In this document: positions 26,714 through 37,497 of the stretch, piece by piece
Layout of the letters: every line of letters begins with the position of its first letter
Position numbering within the stretch: position 1 is the first letter of the stretch
Assembly: GCA_050246315.1 (NCBI GenBank)
Contig: JBFWWG010000005.1
Location: forward strand, 1 to 64,000
Direction: 5' to 3'
Origin: Nitrospiraceae bacterium
GTDB taxonomy: Bacteria > Nitrospirota > Nitrospiria > Nitrospirales > Nitrospiraceae
DNA: 64,000 nucleotides
Translations under genes and position numbers: made by a program
Notes under the pieces: model-generated
Seen by the model: only the letters and a program-made list of their open reading frames with translations
Told to the model about the DNA's origin: nothing
Database searches by the model: none

Positions 26714-27096
26714 ATGAAACTGATGCGACAACTCATCCTGGCGCGTGCCGCCTTTTTCGTTGCGCTCTCGGTTCAGGCCCAGGTGATCGAGAAGAAGGCG
26801 CTATCGCTTGAAGGAGCCAACCAAATCGTCGCTGCGGCGGAGGCGCGAGCGATGATGCGCTGGACGGGATGAAAGTCGATGTGAAGGGAAACGTCTACTG
26901 CACCGGCCCCGGCGGCATCTGGATCATCTCGCCGGAAGGACGGCACCTTGGGACCATCACGCTCCCGGAGATCCCTCACAACCTGGCCTGGGGCGATGAC
27001 GACGGCAAGACGCTCTACATCATCGGCCTTTCCGGCATCTACAAGATTCGCACGCGCGTCACCGAGGTGCGGCCGGATCCGCAGGCCGGTTCATGA
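26714..27096 (+). pseudogene. Deletion chimera: N-terminus of an exported GlcG/HbpS-like haem-binding protein joined to the C-terminus of an SMP-30/gluconolactonase
   Basis: ...VQAQVIEKKALSLEGANQIVAAAEARA, then in another frame DALDGMKVDVKGNVYCTGPGGIWIISPEGRHLGTI...NLAWG. Confidence 0.7.
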
Positions 27097-28002
27097 CGAT
27101 GGGATCGGAATCAATCCCGGAATCTTCAACGATTGCACGGCGTCACGGAGCACTTTGAGCGCGGCAGGTCTGGTAAAGCCCTTTCGCCAAGCCATTCCAA
27201 TGCGGCGCTGCGGCACCGGATCAGAAAAGTTCACCACGGCCAGGCGTCTGTTCTGATGCTTGGCCGTCAGCGCGCTGCTGGGCATGACGGTGATGCCCAG
27301 ACCTGAGACCACCATCTGCCTGATCGTCTCCAGCGAGTTTCCCTGAATCCCCTCCGTGTCCGACCGGCTCAGCTCCGGACAACTATCCAGCACCTGCTGG
27401 CGGAAGCAATGGCCCGCATGAGGCAGCAGGACCTGCTCGTGTGAGAGCTGCTCCGCATTGATGCGGGTCTTCTTGGCCCAGGGATGGGTGACCGGCACGA
27501 CCGCCTTGAATGGTTCATCATAAAGCGGCTGCGCGACGACGCCTGGTTCATCGAACGGCAACGCGATCAGGATGACATCCAGCCTGCCGCTTTTGAGCAT
27601 GCGGGAGAGGTTCGCGGTCAGATTCTCCTCGATCTCCAGCGGCATCCTCGGCGCCCGCCTGTGCAGGGCCGCGACCAGATCCGGCAGGATGTACGGGCCG
27701 ACGGTCGCGATCACACCCAGCCGCAGCGGTCCGACCAACTGGTCCTTCCCTTGCGCGGCAATGATCGTGATCTGCTCCGCCTCCTCCAGGACGCGTTGCG
27801 CCTGTTGCACGATCTGTTCGCCCAACGGCGTCAGCGTCACCTCGTGCTTCTTTCGCTCGAAGATCGTGGTATCCAACTCCTCCTCCAGCTTTTGAATGGC
27901 CAGACTGAGAGCCGGCTGGGTGATGAAACAGCGTTCCGCCGCGCGGCCGAAATGCCGCTCCTGCGCGACGGCGACGATGTAGCGAAGCTCGGTGAGGGTC
28001 AT
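27091..28002 (-). CDS. oxyR: LysR-family H2O2-sensing regulator OxyR
   Basis: MTLTELRYIVAVAQERHFGRAAERCF; GHCFRQQVLDSC with both redox cysteines. Confidence 0.85.
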   Translation of the reverse strand: MTLTELRYIVAVAQERHFGRAAERCFITQPALSLAIQKLEEELDTTIFERKKHEVTLTPLGEQIVQQAQRVLEEAEQITIIAAQGKDQLVGPLRLGVIATVGPYILPDLVAALHRRAPRMPLEIEENLTANLSRMLKSGRLDVILIALPFDEPGVVAQPLYDEPFKAVVPVTHPWAKKTRINAEQLSHEQVLLPHAGHCFRQQVLDSCPELSRSDTEGIQGNSLETIRQMVVSGLGITVMPSSALTAKHQNRRLAVVNFSDPVPQRRIGMAWRKGFTRPAALKVLRDAVQSLKIPGLIPIPSS

Positions 28003-28040
28003 GGAGATAATAAGAATAGTAAATGATGGCACCATACACA

Positions 28041-28055
28041 ATCAATTTTACTGAT
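28041..28055. promoter_or_regulatory. LysR-type T-N11-A palindrome between oxyR and the peroxidase gene
   Basis: ATCA-N7-TGAT (ATCAATTTTACTGAT) in an AT-rich divergent intergenic region. Confidence 0.5.
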
Positions 28056-28271
28056 GTCCTGTCAGCCGCTAGAGTGAATCATCCGGAGAGCATGAGAGGC
28101 CAATGGGAGAAGAGTGCAAAATCAACATGGCGGGCACGACGCCCACCCTACAGCGTGCGGCCCATGGCAACTCTCTGGGTGCGACGTTACCTCGTTGACG
28201 TGAGGGAGAACGAAGAGGAGAGGGGATAGTTCAATTGACAGAGCCATATTTAGAAGAAAGGAGAACGACAC

Positions 28272-29357
28272 ATGCAGTGGCGCAACGGCGGACGATTCTT
28301 TATCACCATAGCTGTGGGGCTGGTGGCGCTGGCCGGGATCGGTCTTGCGGCGCAGGTCGGCGGAGAGAACGGACAGACGGATCAATCGTCGATACCGCAG
28401 GCGAAAGGGATGCCGGCGATTCCCTTGGGCCTGGAGCCGGATATGTTTGTGGTGCCGGCCGACAATCCGATCACGGAGAAGAAGGTCGAATTGGGTCGGC
28501 TGTTGTTCTTCGACAAGCGACTGTCGAAAAACAACACGATCGCTTGTGCGAGCTGTCACATGCCGGCCCTGGCATTTACGGACGGCCAGCCTGTTTCGAC
28601 CGGAATTCATCGCCAACTGGGAGGGCGAAGCGCGCCTACCGCGATTAACCGGGCTTTCAGCAAGGGGCAATTCTGGGACGGCCGGGCGGCGACCTTGGAA
28701 GAACAGTCCGTCGGGCCGTTTACCAATCCGGTCGAACACGGATTTCTCGACTATCCGGAAATGATTGCCAAGATGAACAGGATCGAAGGCTACCGGAGAC
28801 TGTTCAAGGAGGTATTCGACGGCGACATCTCTGTTGAAACCGTCGGCAAGGCCATCGCGACATTTCAGCGCACCCTCATCTCCGGCAACAGCCCGGCGGA
28901 CCGCTTTGATGTCGGCGGAGAGGAGACGGCCTTATCTCTCGAAGCGCAGCGGGGGTTGGCATTGTTCCGCGGTAAGGCCCGCTGCACTCGCTGCCACTCC
29001 GGGTTCAATTTCACGGATGAAAGGTTTCATAATCTCGGCATCGGCTGGGATACGAATACCGTCGATCTGGGGCGCTACATGGTGACGAAAGATCCGGAAG
29101 AGATCGGCGCGTTTAAAACGCCGACGCTCCGGGAGATCGGCAGGACGGCCCCCTACATGCATGACGGACGATTTGGGACGCTGGAAGAAGTGGTGGATTT
29201 CTACAGTCAGGGCGGCATCGCGAATCCCTATCTCGATAACAATGTGATTCCGCTGGAACTCACGGGACAGGAGAAACAAGACCTGATCGCGTTCTTGCGG
29301 TCGCTGAACGGGGAAGGGTGGCAAGCGGTCACGGCTCCCACCGAGTTCCCGCGATAA
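28272..29357 (+). CDS. Di-haem cytochrome c peroxidase (CcpA/MauG family)
   Basis: LGRLLFFDKRLS, CASCH, QFWDGRA, CTRCH, FKTPTLR, APYMHDG. Confidence 0.93.
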   Translation: MQWRNGGRFFITIAVGLVALAGIGLAAQVGGENGQTDQSSIPQAKGMPAIPLGLEPDMFVVPADNPITEKKVELGRLLFFDKRLSKNNTIACASCHMPALAFTDGQPVSTGIHRQLGGRSAPTAINRAFSKGQFWDGRAATLEEQSVGPFTNPVEHGFLDYPEMIAKMNRIEGYRRLFKEVFDGDISVETVGKAIATFQRTLISGNSPADRFDVGGEETALSLEAQRGLALFRGKARCTRCHSGFNFTDERFHNLGIGWDTNTVDLGRYMVTKDPEEIGAFKTPTLREIGRTAPYMHDGRFGTLEEVVDFYSQGGIANPYLDNNVIPLELTGQEKQDLIAFLRSLNGEGWQAVTAPTEFPR

Positions 29358-29439
29358 TGCTGGAAGCTTGTTGATCACCTGTTGTAAGAACCCGGAGCCC
29401 TCGTTGACTTTGGGAGTCACTCTTCACTGTCCGACCGGG

Positions 29440-29967
29440 ATGGTTCCTCTGAGTGACGAGGCAGAAGTTGTCACGATGGAGATTCGATCGCTGCCCCCCG
29501 CTTCGACCAGCTCGTGCCAGGGAGGTCACGCTCGAAAGAACTGTCGGAGGGTTCACCTAGATGAAGACGGCAGTGTGGAGTAAGGAGGGCGGGTTCTCAC
29601 TCTTCTCCCACATCCCGACCAACCGCATCTACAAATGGAACGCCGGCGAGGGAGTCAGCGGTTATGTTGAACGCAGCGGCTCTTGCGGCGCTGCGACGGT
29701 CGCCGACCGTTATGGCGGCTGGACGATCAATGGCTCCAACGACCTGGTCTTCAAATCCAACGGGGACTTGCACCTTACCGACCCACCGTTCGGACCGTCG
29801 GGGAGCTTCGAGGATCGAGAGAAGGCGGCGGTTCGAGGCCTGTACCGTGTCGAGCCGGTCAATCTATGTTCAACGTGGCCTGGGGCGAGGACGCTCAGAC
29901 CTTGTTCATCACCGGAGGCGGAGGCATCTATCGAATGAAACTCACCACGAAGGGCGCCTGGTACTGA
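29440..29967 (+). pseudogene. Heavily decayed SMP-30/gluconolactonase copy with internal deletions
   Basis: NDLVFKSNGDLHLTDPPFG and NVAWGEDAQTLFITG in different frames; DNA similar to 34380-35332. Confidence 0.8.
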
Positions 29968-29980
29968 TCAGTCGTACCTC

Positions 29981-30235
29981 CAGCCCACATGAGTCATGAC
30001 GGTTCGTCGCGTCCACCCGTTGCCGGGAAAGGCGCAACGGGTACCCGAGAGTCGCGTCGCGAGACGGGCGGGCGCAGCGGCGAGGGAGGGAGGCGTACTT
30101 GAAACAGTACGTTGACCGACTGAGCGGCGAGTACCCACGCCGACAGGCTTGTCGTAGCAGCGAATCGGGGTGCCCATTGCTCTTTCGTTGCAATGGGCAT
30201 ACGCAGCAGAAGCGTCCATGAATAATGCGCGCTAG
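29981..30235. mobile_element. MITE-like element, family A
   Basis: Ends CAGCCCACATGAGTCATGA / CATGAATAATGCGCGCTAG resemble the ends of 50508-50786; internal palindromes. Confidence 0.6.
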
Positions 30236-31022
30236 GCCGTATGTCAATCCGATCGACCTTGGTCCGCACGATGCACTGTCATCCTGCGTCCCACCTTTTC
30301 AATTTCACGACCTGCTGGAGTTCCGCAACTGCGTCGAGGCCCCTCGACGATGTCACAGGAGGAATATAAAGGCGGTCCCGTATGTTCTTGGTCCCTCAAC
30401 GCAACTGAATATTCAATTCCCTGCAGTTTCCTCTCAAATCGACTGACCTCCGTCCCTCTGCCTCCCGGTTCGTCAAGCCATCTCATCGAGGCCACGCACT
30501 CCGTCTGAATGCACGGCTATGCGGCAGGAAGGAGAAGTGTTGGTATCACAGCGATCTGACCCGAGGCGAGAATGATCTGGCGACGGGCATAGGCAACACA
30601 ATTGATCGGTTCGCAGGTGGGGTATTGTTTTGCACAGTGCGTGACGTGTGATTCCGCACGGCATTCAACCATATCTAGGCCTTTTCTACTGCCAACATCA
30701 TGGGACACATCAGGGGCTTAGATGTGGAAGTGATTGAATTTTCAGAAAGAAAGTATGATCCAATACTGCGGGACATCCTCGACCTCGCCGATTCTTGCAT
30801 ATGGCGCGGTCAGTTGCCTGGGATGCGATGCAGGAATCACCGTCGTGAAGAATCACAGCAGGTTATGAAAATGCGGTCTGCCTCTACAAAGAAAGAATTG
30901 GTTGGCTCATCGCCGAGATTCCCCTGCTTCTGACTGGTTGACCAACACCTATGAACGATACCGGCAGCGGAGGTCTCATCGTTATCCTGGGCACCATTGT
31001 CAAGCACATCGTGGAGGGACGC

Positions 31023-32300
31023 ATGACTGCCACGACTAACCCGGTCGTATCGCGGCCTCAACTCATTACGATTGATGCCCGCAAACCGGAACCTTCCGGG
31101 CCATCCTGTCACCTTCCTCGTCCAGCAGGCCAACAAGCCACCAAGCGTCACAAGTACCGCATGATCGCCCTGGCGTCGGTGCACGTGTATATCGCCTTCC
31201 ATCTCATTTCATGGCACGTCTTCGGAATCGAAATTTGGGGGAAGACGGCGATGATGGGAGTGCCGTCGTTGGCGAAGGGAATGCTGAATGCGGCAGCCAT
31301 CATGGTATTGCTGATCCTGGGCTCGATTTTCATCTTCGGCCGAGGGTTTTGCGGATGGGTCTGTCATATGCGCGGGGCCATTGAGTTTGCCGACTGGATT
31401 CTCAAGAAGCTCAAAGTGCAGCGGTATCTCAAACTGACTCAAAAAAACGTCCTGATCAACACCCAGCACCGCTGGTTGCTCAGGATTGGGGCGTTGTTTG
31501 TGCTCCTTCTACCCGTGATTATCCTCATCCACAATGTCGGGTTCAGTCCCAAAGTGGACGTGATGTCGCCACCGCCGCTGGCCGATCTTCCCGGGTACAA
31601 AAACAAAGCCTTTGCGGAAACGGCGCCGTTCAACTTCTCAATTAAGCCGACCTGGAACGACGCGATTCTGGCCTTCGGGATGGCGGTGTTCATCCAATTC
31701 ACCATGAGTGTCGTGTTGAACCTGCGGTATGGGCACGGCGCCTTCTGCCGGATCCTCTGCCCCTATGCTCCGATGATGACGCCGCTCATGAATATTTCTC
31801 CCGTGCAGTCGAAGATCACGCGCGTGGCGCAGTGCACAGGGTGCCGCGACTGCAGTAACGCCTGCCCACAGGGAATCGACGTGAGTCGGGAAATCTTTCA
31901 TTTCGACGGCAAAGTCATTAATCGCGAATGTATCAAGTGCTACCACTGCATCGATGCCTGCGATGATGGAGTGTTGAAAGATACCTCAGCTCCGGCCGTG
32001 CCCCAGACCGATCGCTTGAAGCCCTACGAGAAACGCCCATGGCAACAGGAAGTTATTCGCAAGGATGGCTTCCTGACGAACGCCAAACACATGCAACTGT
32101 TTGAACCGCTCGGGCCGGTTGCGGATTTCATGTCGATCATCCTTGCGCTGATCGGCGGCGGTATCACGTCACGATTTGGCGGATTTTGGTTCTATCCCGG
32201 CGCGATCATCACGTTCATTGCATTTCGTGAATGTGCCCTCTATGCCGGGAAACGACTTCGGGCAGGGAAGGAAGCAGTGACGAGGGCACCGATCGAGTAG
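31023..32300 (+). CDS. Membrane 4Fe-4S binding protein (NapH/polyferredoxin-like)
   Basis: GRGFCGWVCH, FCRILCPY, CTGCRDCSNACP, CIKCYHCIDAC; several TMs; GGAGG RBS. Confidence 0.85.
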   Translation: MTATTNPVVSRPQLITIDARKPEPSGPSCHLPRPAGQQATKRHKYRMIALASVHVYIAFHLISWHVFGIEIWGKTAMMGVPSLAKGMLNAAAIMVLLILGSIFIFGRGFCGWVCHMRGAIEFADWILKKLKVQRYLKLTQKNVLINTQHRWLLRIGALFVLLLPVIILIHNVGFSPKVDVMSPPPLADLPGYKNKAFAETAPFNFSIKPTWNDAILAFGMAVFIQFTMSVVLNLRYGHGAFCRILCPYAPMMTPLMNISPVQSKITRVAQCTGCRDCSNACPQGIDVSREIFHFDGKVINRECIKCYHCIDACDDGVLKDTSAPAVPQTDRLKPYEKRPWQQEVIRKDGFLTNAKHMQLFEPLGPVADFMSIILALIGGGITSRFGGFWFYPGAIITFIAFRECALYAGKRLRAGKEAVTRAPIE

Positions 32301-32354
32301 AGGAATCCGCGTTTTGAGAGATTCACGGTCATCTGGAACGCAAAGGAGGCTCCC

Positions 32355-32534
32355 ATGAGCAGCTTGTCCAGAGTGCATGACTATTCGAATCTGGTAAGGG
32401 AGTTTGTGGTCTGTTTGAACGAGCGAAAATCAGTGTGGCTCGCTCCTCTGATCTTCGCAATCTTGCTTTTGGGCGCCTTGGGATTCTTCTTGGAAGGTAG
32501 TGTGTTGGCACCGGCTATCTATTCGATCTTTTAA
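32355..32534 (+). CDS. DUF5989-family small membrane protein (59 aa, missing from ORF track)
   Basis: Manual translation ...ERKSVWLAPLIFAILLLGALGFFLEGSVLAPAIYSIF*; AGGAGG RBS. Confidence 0.8.
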   Translation: MSSLSRVHDYSNLVREFVVCLNERKSVWLAPLIFAILLLGALGFFLEGSVLAPAIYSIF

Positions 32535-32535
32535 C

Positions 32536-32579
32536 CCGCCAGCCTGGATGGAACCGCCGCCGGCCATTCAGGCTGGCGG
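32536..32579. terminator. Hairpin between convergent genes
   Basis: CCGCCAGCCTGGATGG / CCATTCAGGCTGGCGG stem. Confidence 0.5.
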
Positions 32580-32636
32580 CGAGCGGCAAACGACAACCAT
32601 CGACCGATCAGGGCCGCTACTTTCAATCTGCAACTG

Positions 32637-34073
32637 TTAGCCACGCGTCTTCTCTCCATCAACTCTCAGCATCGGCCGCAGAGTGTCGGCGAGACATCCA
32701 GCAATTGCGGCATTGGCCGGGGCCGTGTAGTGTCCGCCAGGGGCAAAGCTGTCAAACGACCTGGCCGCAATGAGACAGGGGGTTGTCTCGACGAAAGGAA
32801 TTCCCGTACGACGCAATAGGGTTGCCCCGCGAGGTGGCGCGATGGAGCGGCCTTCCGCTTCGGCCAGCAACTCGTCTTGGTAAGGAAGATGAACGATCAA
32901 AGGGACGGCTCCGTCTCGATGGACCTCCTCCACGAAGGCGGCGAGCACCGTGCTCGCGAGATCTGCAAGCGCATTGTCGGTATGAGAGGAGGGGAGGGGG
33001 GTCACCACGGGTCTGATGGAAGAAAGAAAGCGAAAGAGATACGACCATTCCAGTAATTGCCAGCTATCTCGCCGCGGCCAGTCGAACTCGTGGAAATAGC
33101 GGTCATGGTTCAGATGCGGGAGATCCCGGACGGACGCATGAGCGAAAATCTCCTTAGGGGTGGGAAGGGGGAGATTGACTGGCTGCCAGTTCGAAGCCGC
33201 CGTGACGAGTCGTGGTCGAGCGTATGGGAATTCGACGCCCGTTGGAGAGTACAGGAAGTTATAGATGCTCATTATGCGCAGAATGTCCGAAGAAGTGACT
33301 CCGATGACGACGACGCGGGGATGCCAGAGGCGAACATCACGGCGATATTTCAGGAACGTCTGAGACAGGCTGTACCCGGAGACAGCGAAGTTCAAGATTT
33401 GTACATCTGGCGTGAGGTTGCGCTCCAGGACGTGTGGCCACGATTCCTCACAGCGCACTTCATGGCCGAATGTCATGGAATCGCCGAGGAGGGCAATCCG
33501 GTGAAGGGCGGGACGATCGGTCTGACCCGTGAGACGAATACGCAAGTCCGCGAACGATAGCCCAATCTCCGGGCTCCGTAGTCCCTCGATGCTGCTCCGG
33601 TACAAGCCGTTGGAACTGTGATGGTTGGGAGTGACGACCCATCCGAGGAGCGGATCGTACTGAAAAAATGGGCGTTCATGGGATATGCGATCGAGAATCG
33701 GCTGGTGATGAGCCACAACCTGTGACCAATCCAGGGGATGAAGCAGGACTCGCCCGATTCTCGTACCTTCGAGAGTATCAACCGATCGCGCCCGTATCAC
33801 CAGCTCGGCACCCACTGTCACCATCACGGTGAGAGAAAGGTTCACTAGTAGGGCTGCCCTATGGATGCGATGCTGAGACGGTGGTCCTTGAGCGGTGAGG
33901 CGGCGGATCCAATACGAGGAGCCAATCAGGATCATGATGGAGCACCAGAGCGCGAAGCCTGGAAGACTCAGGGCGAAGGATGGGAAGTCCGGCTTGGCGG
34001 CCAGCCGGTACAACGAGAGGAGGGTGAGGAGGATGGCCACGACTCCAGCGTAGAAGGGGATGAGAATTATCAT
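32637..34073 (-). CDS. Membrane-anchored SGNH/GDSL hydrolase-like protein
   Basis: YDPLLGW, IALLGDSMTFG, NFAVSGY, GGHYT; three N-terminal TMs; start uncertain. Confidence 0.8.
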   Translation of the reverse strand: MIILIPFYAGVVAILLTLLSLYRLAAKPDFPSFALSLPGFALWCSIMILIGSSYWIRRLTAQGPPSQHRIHRAALLVNLSLTVMVTVGAELVIRARSVDTLEGTRIGRVLLHPLDWSQVVAHHQPILDRISHERPFFQYDPLLGWVVTPNHHSSNGLYRSSIEGLRSPEIGLSFADLRIRLTGQTDRPALHRIALLGDSMTFGHEVRCEESWPHVLERNLTPDVQILNFAVSGYSLSQTFLKYRRDVRLWHPRVVVIGVTSSDILRIMSIYNFLYSPTGVEFPYARPRLVTAASNWQPVNLPLPTPKEIFAHASVRDLPHLNHDRYFHEFDWPRRDSWQLLEWSYLFRFLSSIRPVVTPLPSSHTDNALADLASTVLAAFVEEVHRDGAVPLIVHLPYQDELLAEAEGRSIAPPRGATLLRRTGIPFVETTPCLIAARSFDSFAPGGHYTAPANAAIAGCLADTLRPMLRVDGEKTRG

Positions 34074-34314
34074 GCGATCGCCGTACTTCTCCTGGTGCCG
34101 CACTCTGCTGTCGTCAGGGGCCGCCGCTGCGGGACGTGCCGCTTGCGCTCGAAGGACATGGAATGGCAGCCGATAGTCCGCTTGTACAAACGAAGCTTAG
34201 ACCGGATCAGCAATGACGCAAGAGAGATGTGAAAAGTTGCCATCGTTGCCCCATGTCGAGGACTGTAAGAAGCTAGAGCCTTCGCTGACTCGTGGTCAAG
34301 GAGGGTTCTGGCAC

Positions 34315-35332
34315 GTGATTCTTCCACGCTGGTTCATACTCGTCCTGAGCAGCGCTCTCGGCTGTCTCACGCTGCTAAGTCTTTCGGGGAATGCGGTGGA
34401 AGCGGTGACCGTACGGATTCAGTCTCTGGACCCGCGTTTCGACCTGCTCGTTCCACCGAATGCCGAGCTTGAAACCATTGCAGACGGGTTTACGTGGGTC
34501 GAGGGGCCAGTCTGGAGTCAGGAAGGTGGCTTCTGGTTGTTTTCCGACATACCCGCCAACCGAGTCTATAAGTGGAAGGCCGGCGATGGAGTCAGCGTTT
34601 ATCTTGAGCGTAGCGGCTATAGCGGAGTCGTGCCGTTCACCGGGAAGGAACCGGGTTCCAACGGCCTGACGTTTGACCGAGAGGGGCGGCTGGTGCTCTG
34701 CCGGCACGGCGATCGGCAGATCGCAAGACTCGAACAGGACGGTCAACTGACGGTCTTGGCCGACTCTTACAACGGACATCGATTCAACAGTCCGAACGAT
34801 CTCGTCTTCAAATCCAACGGCGATTTGTACTTTACCGACCCACCGTTCGGACTTCCAGGAGGCTTCGACGATCCAGAGAAGGCAGCGGTTTAAGGTGTGT
34901 ACCGTATCGCGAAGGATGGCACCGTGACGCGCCTGGTTACCGACATCAAGGCGCCAAATGGCATCGCCTTCTCATCGGATGAGCAAACTCTCTATGTGTC
35001 CGATGTTGATTCCGCACGTGCTGCCTGGCTAGCCTATGATCTTCGAGTGGACGGCGGTCACCAACGGCCGAGTTCATTTCGATGCTACCCGTTGGCGAAA
35101 AGATCCGTTCTTCGGACCGGATGGGTTCAAGGTGGATCAGCATGGCAACATCTTCGGCGCGCGGCCGGGAGGGCTGAGCGTGATCACGCCGGACGGTGCC
35201 CTGCTGGGCATGATCGAAATCGGTCAGGCTGCGTCCAACGGGGCCTGGGGCGAGGACGGCCACACGTTGTTTATCACCGGTGCAGACTCCGTCTATCGAA
35301 TCAAACTCACCACCAAAGACACCCGCTACTAG
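34315..35332 (+). pseudogene. Exported SMP-30/gluconolactonase with in-frame TAA (34891-34893) and frameshift (~35050)
   Basis: GFTWVEGPVW, FSDIP, GSNGL, NSPNDL, APNGIAFS, PDGFKVD spread over three ORF pieces. Confidence 0.85.
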
Positions 35333-35465
35333 AAGGCATTTCAAAACCCCATGACCGTGCTTCGACAAGCTCAACACAAACGGAGGAATATCCTGTTTTC
35401 ATGAGCAGATCCGTTCGCCCTGAGCCGGCCGAAGGGTGAACGGAGCGTTTTGAAATGACTTCTAG
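35329..35465. mobile_element. MITE-like element with 19-bp terminal inverted repeats and REP-like core
   Basis: CTAGAAGGCATTTCAAAAC / GTTTTGAAATGACTTCTAG (1 mismatch); inner CTTCGACAAGCTCA and CCGTTCGCCCTGAGCCGGCCGAAGGG. Confidence 0.75.
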
Positions 35466-35860
35466 CTAGATCCGGCGAAGCGACTCCGTCGCCCGGAGCT
35501 GATCGTGCCTCCTATCACCGTCCGGGTGATGAAGACCGAGGCTCCTGCAGATTTGGCGGCGTCTTCACGATCGACACGCTCCAACGTATCGGAATCGATA
35601 CAAGCGTATCCAAAAAGACCATAGGCCGATGAGCGCGACCGAATCGTAGAAAAGCTGGTAACTGAAGGAAACTTGTGTGAAAGTTCAAAATGTGTGGCGA
35701 GACCAATCAGTGAGAGCAAAGCTGGCATTAAGCTTGCTCAATTCAAGGGCGTGTGGACCGATAGAGGAGTAGAAACCCGAAAAAGGGGTTCGAAACGTAG
35801 GGAGGATAGGACGTATCAGATCGCTGAGCCACAGCAGGACCCTTAAAAACGAGGTGACCC

Positions 35861-36115
35861 ATGATGCCGAGCATGATGGAACGCGATGCCAGCCGAAATT
35901 CCGACAAGGTGACAGAGAGGTCGGTGCCGCAACCTCGCGCCCTCACACATGACGAGAAGAAAGCCGCCGAGGCCGCATTTCGCGGCGAGCCGTTCAATCC
36001 TTCCTGGTCGGCGGCGGCGCAGGCGGTCTATGACGGCATCCTGGCGGCAATGGGTAAACGAGAGATGGCGGAGTGCTGTGAGCCCGTCCTGGAAACGGAA
36101 TGTCTGGTAGGATGA
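35861..36115 (+). CDS. Small hypothetical protein
   Basis: GAGGTG RBS; RALTHDEKKAAEAAFRGEPFNPSWS resembles small Nitrospira proteins as recalled, unverified. Confidence 0.65.
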   Translation: MMPSMMERDASRNSDKVTERSVPQPRALTHDEKKAAEAAFRGEPFNPSWSAAAQAVYDGILAAMGKREMAECCEPVLETECLVG

Positions 36116-36329
36116 CGCGGGGACCGGGGAGTAACGCTCCCTGGTTGTAAACGAACGACCGCTCGTCCTACTCGTGACCGTCCGATTCTCGCCCTCCACT
36201 CGAATGTCGCTCGCGCCGCCTTCTCACCATTCTCTGGCCGGTGAGAACGAATCGCACTGTAATTGATCTGCAGGATCCGCACTCGGTTGTCATCGGCGTG
36301 CGACCATCAGGCCGGCGAGTCGGGTCGCG

Positions 36330-36545
36330 GAGCATGCGGATTGATGAAGAGGGAGCGACCACCTTGCCGGGTGACGCTTGCTACCCACATGCGGCCGCGA
36401 TGTCACTCCACAAACTGTTTGACGATTGCCAGCCTCAAACCCGCCCCTCGCGCTTCTTCTTGTAAAGCCGTGACTCGATAAGACTTGACCAACAGGTGCG
36501 GCAAGTACTCCGGCGAAATGCTGCAGCCGGGATCGGCGAGACAGA
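36330..36545 (-). pseudogene. Decayed HATPase_c fragment of a sensor histidine kinase
   Basis: Manual translation DPGCSISPEYLPHLLVKSYRV...GAGLRLAIVKQFVE*HRGRMWVAS (degenerate G1/F/G2 boxes). Confidence 0.65.
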
Positions 36546-36833
36546 TTGTGGCGAGATCGGCTCGATCCTTCCGGGCGGTACTCCTGTTGTCTCCGGCAGG
36601 GACTCTGAATCCCGTTTATTTCGGATAGAGAATGACCCCGTGTCCGGAAGGCGTGGCCGCGGAGGCCTTTTCTGCCGAGAAAGACCCTGTCGAGAGGCGA
36701 GCCCAACAAGATCTTCTGTCGGCAGATGGGGGATTGGAGTGGTCGGTTTGAAAAGTGCCACCCGGAGCCGCTAAGGTAAGCACTGCGGACGCAACAGTCG
36801 ATCGTTAGAAACGTCACCTGGAGAAAGGAATAG

Positions 36834-37253
36834 ATGATGATTGTGAAGAGAAGGACGATGACCATGCTCGGTTTGTTGGCGGTGCTGGGACTATGCGGGC
36901 CGGCGTGGAGCGCCGACCAGTCGGATCTGGACAAGTTCATTCGTGCGCGGATCGACATCGGCGAGATGATGACGAACTATTTCAAGGATCGCGGTGGCAT
37001 GTCTTCCGGAGAAGGCGGCCGGCCGTCCCCCGAGCAGATGCGCGAAATGCGGGAGGACATCAATGCCCGCTTGGCGAAGGTGCTCGCACCCTACGGTCTG
37101 ACGGCGGAGGAATACCGTAGCCGGAGTCGCGAAGTGCTTGGGGATGAAGCTGCCGTCCAGCGATATCTCGAAGCACACCCCGACCTCAAGAAGCGCTATG
37201 ACGCCTTGCCGATGGATCGAATGGGCCGAAGCGGGAGCGGGCGGGGGTATTGA
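36834..37253 (+). CDS. Exported helical hypothetical protein, Met-rich
   Basis: Signal peptide ending AWSA; AAGGA RBS. Confidence 0.7.
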   Translation: MMIVKRRTMTMLGLLAVLGLCGPAWSADQSDLDKFIRARIDIGEMMTNYFKDRGGMSSGEGGRPSPEQMREMREDINARLAKVLAPYGLTAEEYRSRSREVLGDEAAVQRYLEAHPDLKKRYDALPMDRMGRSGSGRGY

Positions 37254-37497
37254 CGAGAGCTTTTCAAAAGCTTCGACGAGCGGGACACAATACTGGAACA
37301 GACCACCTCCACGCGCCGAGGAGCGAGGCCGACGCAGGGTCTTAGGGCCGAACTCTGATTGCAGGCCATGAAGTTCAGCCGGTGTACCCATGAATCCCAC
37401 TTTGAGATAGGTCCATCTTGTTACTTTTGATAGAGAATCCGTAGCCTGGGACGGAGCATGAGATACGGTGAAGAGAGCCCGCTGGTGGGTGAACGTC

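Noticed and set aside
30802..30817. Sigma54 -24/-12 promoter TGGCGCGGTCAGTTGC
   Set aside because: 11 nt between GG and GC instead of the required 10
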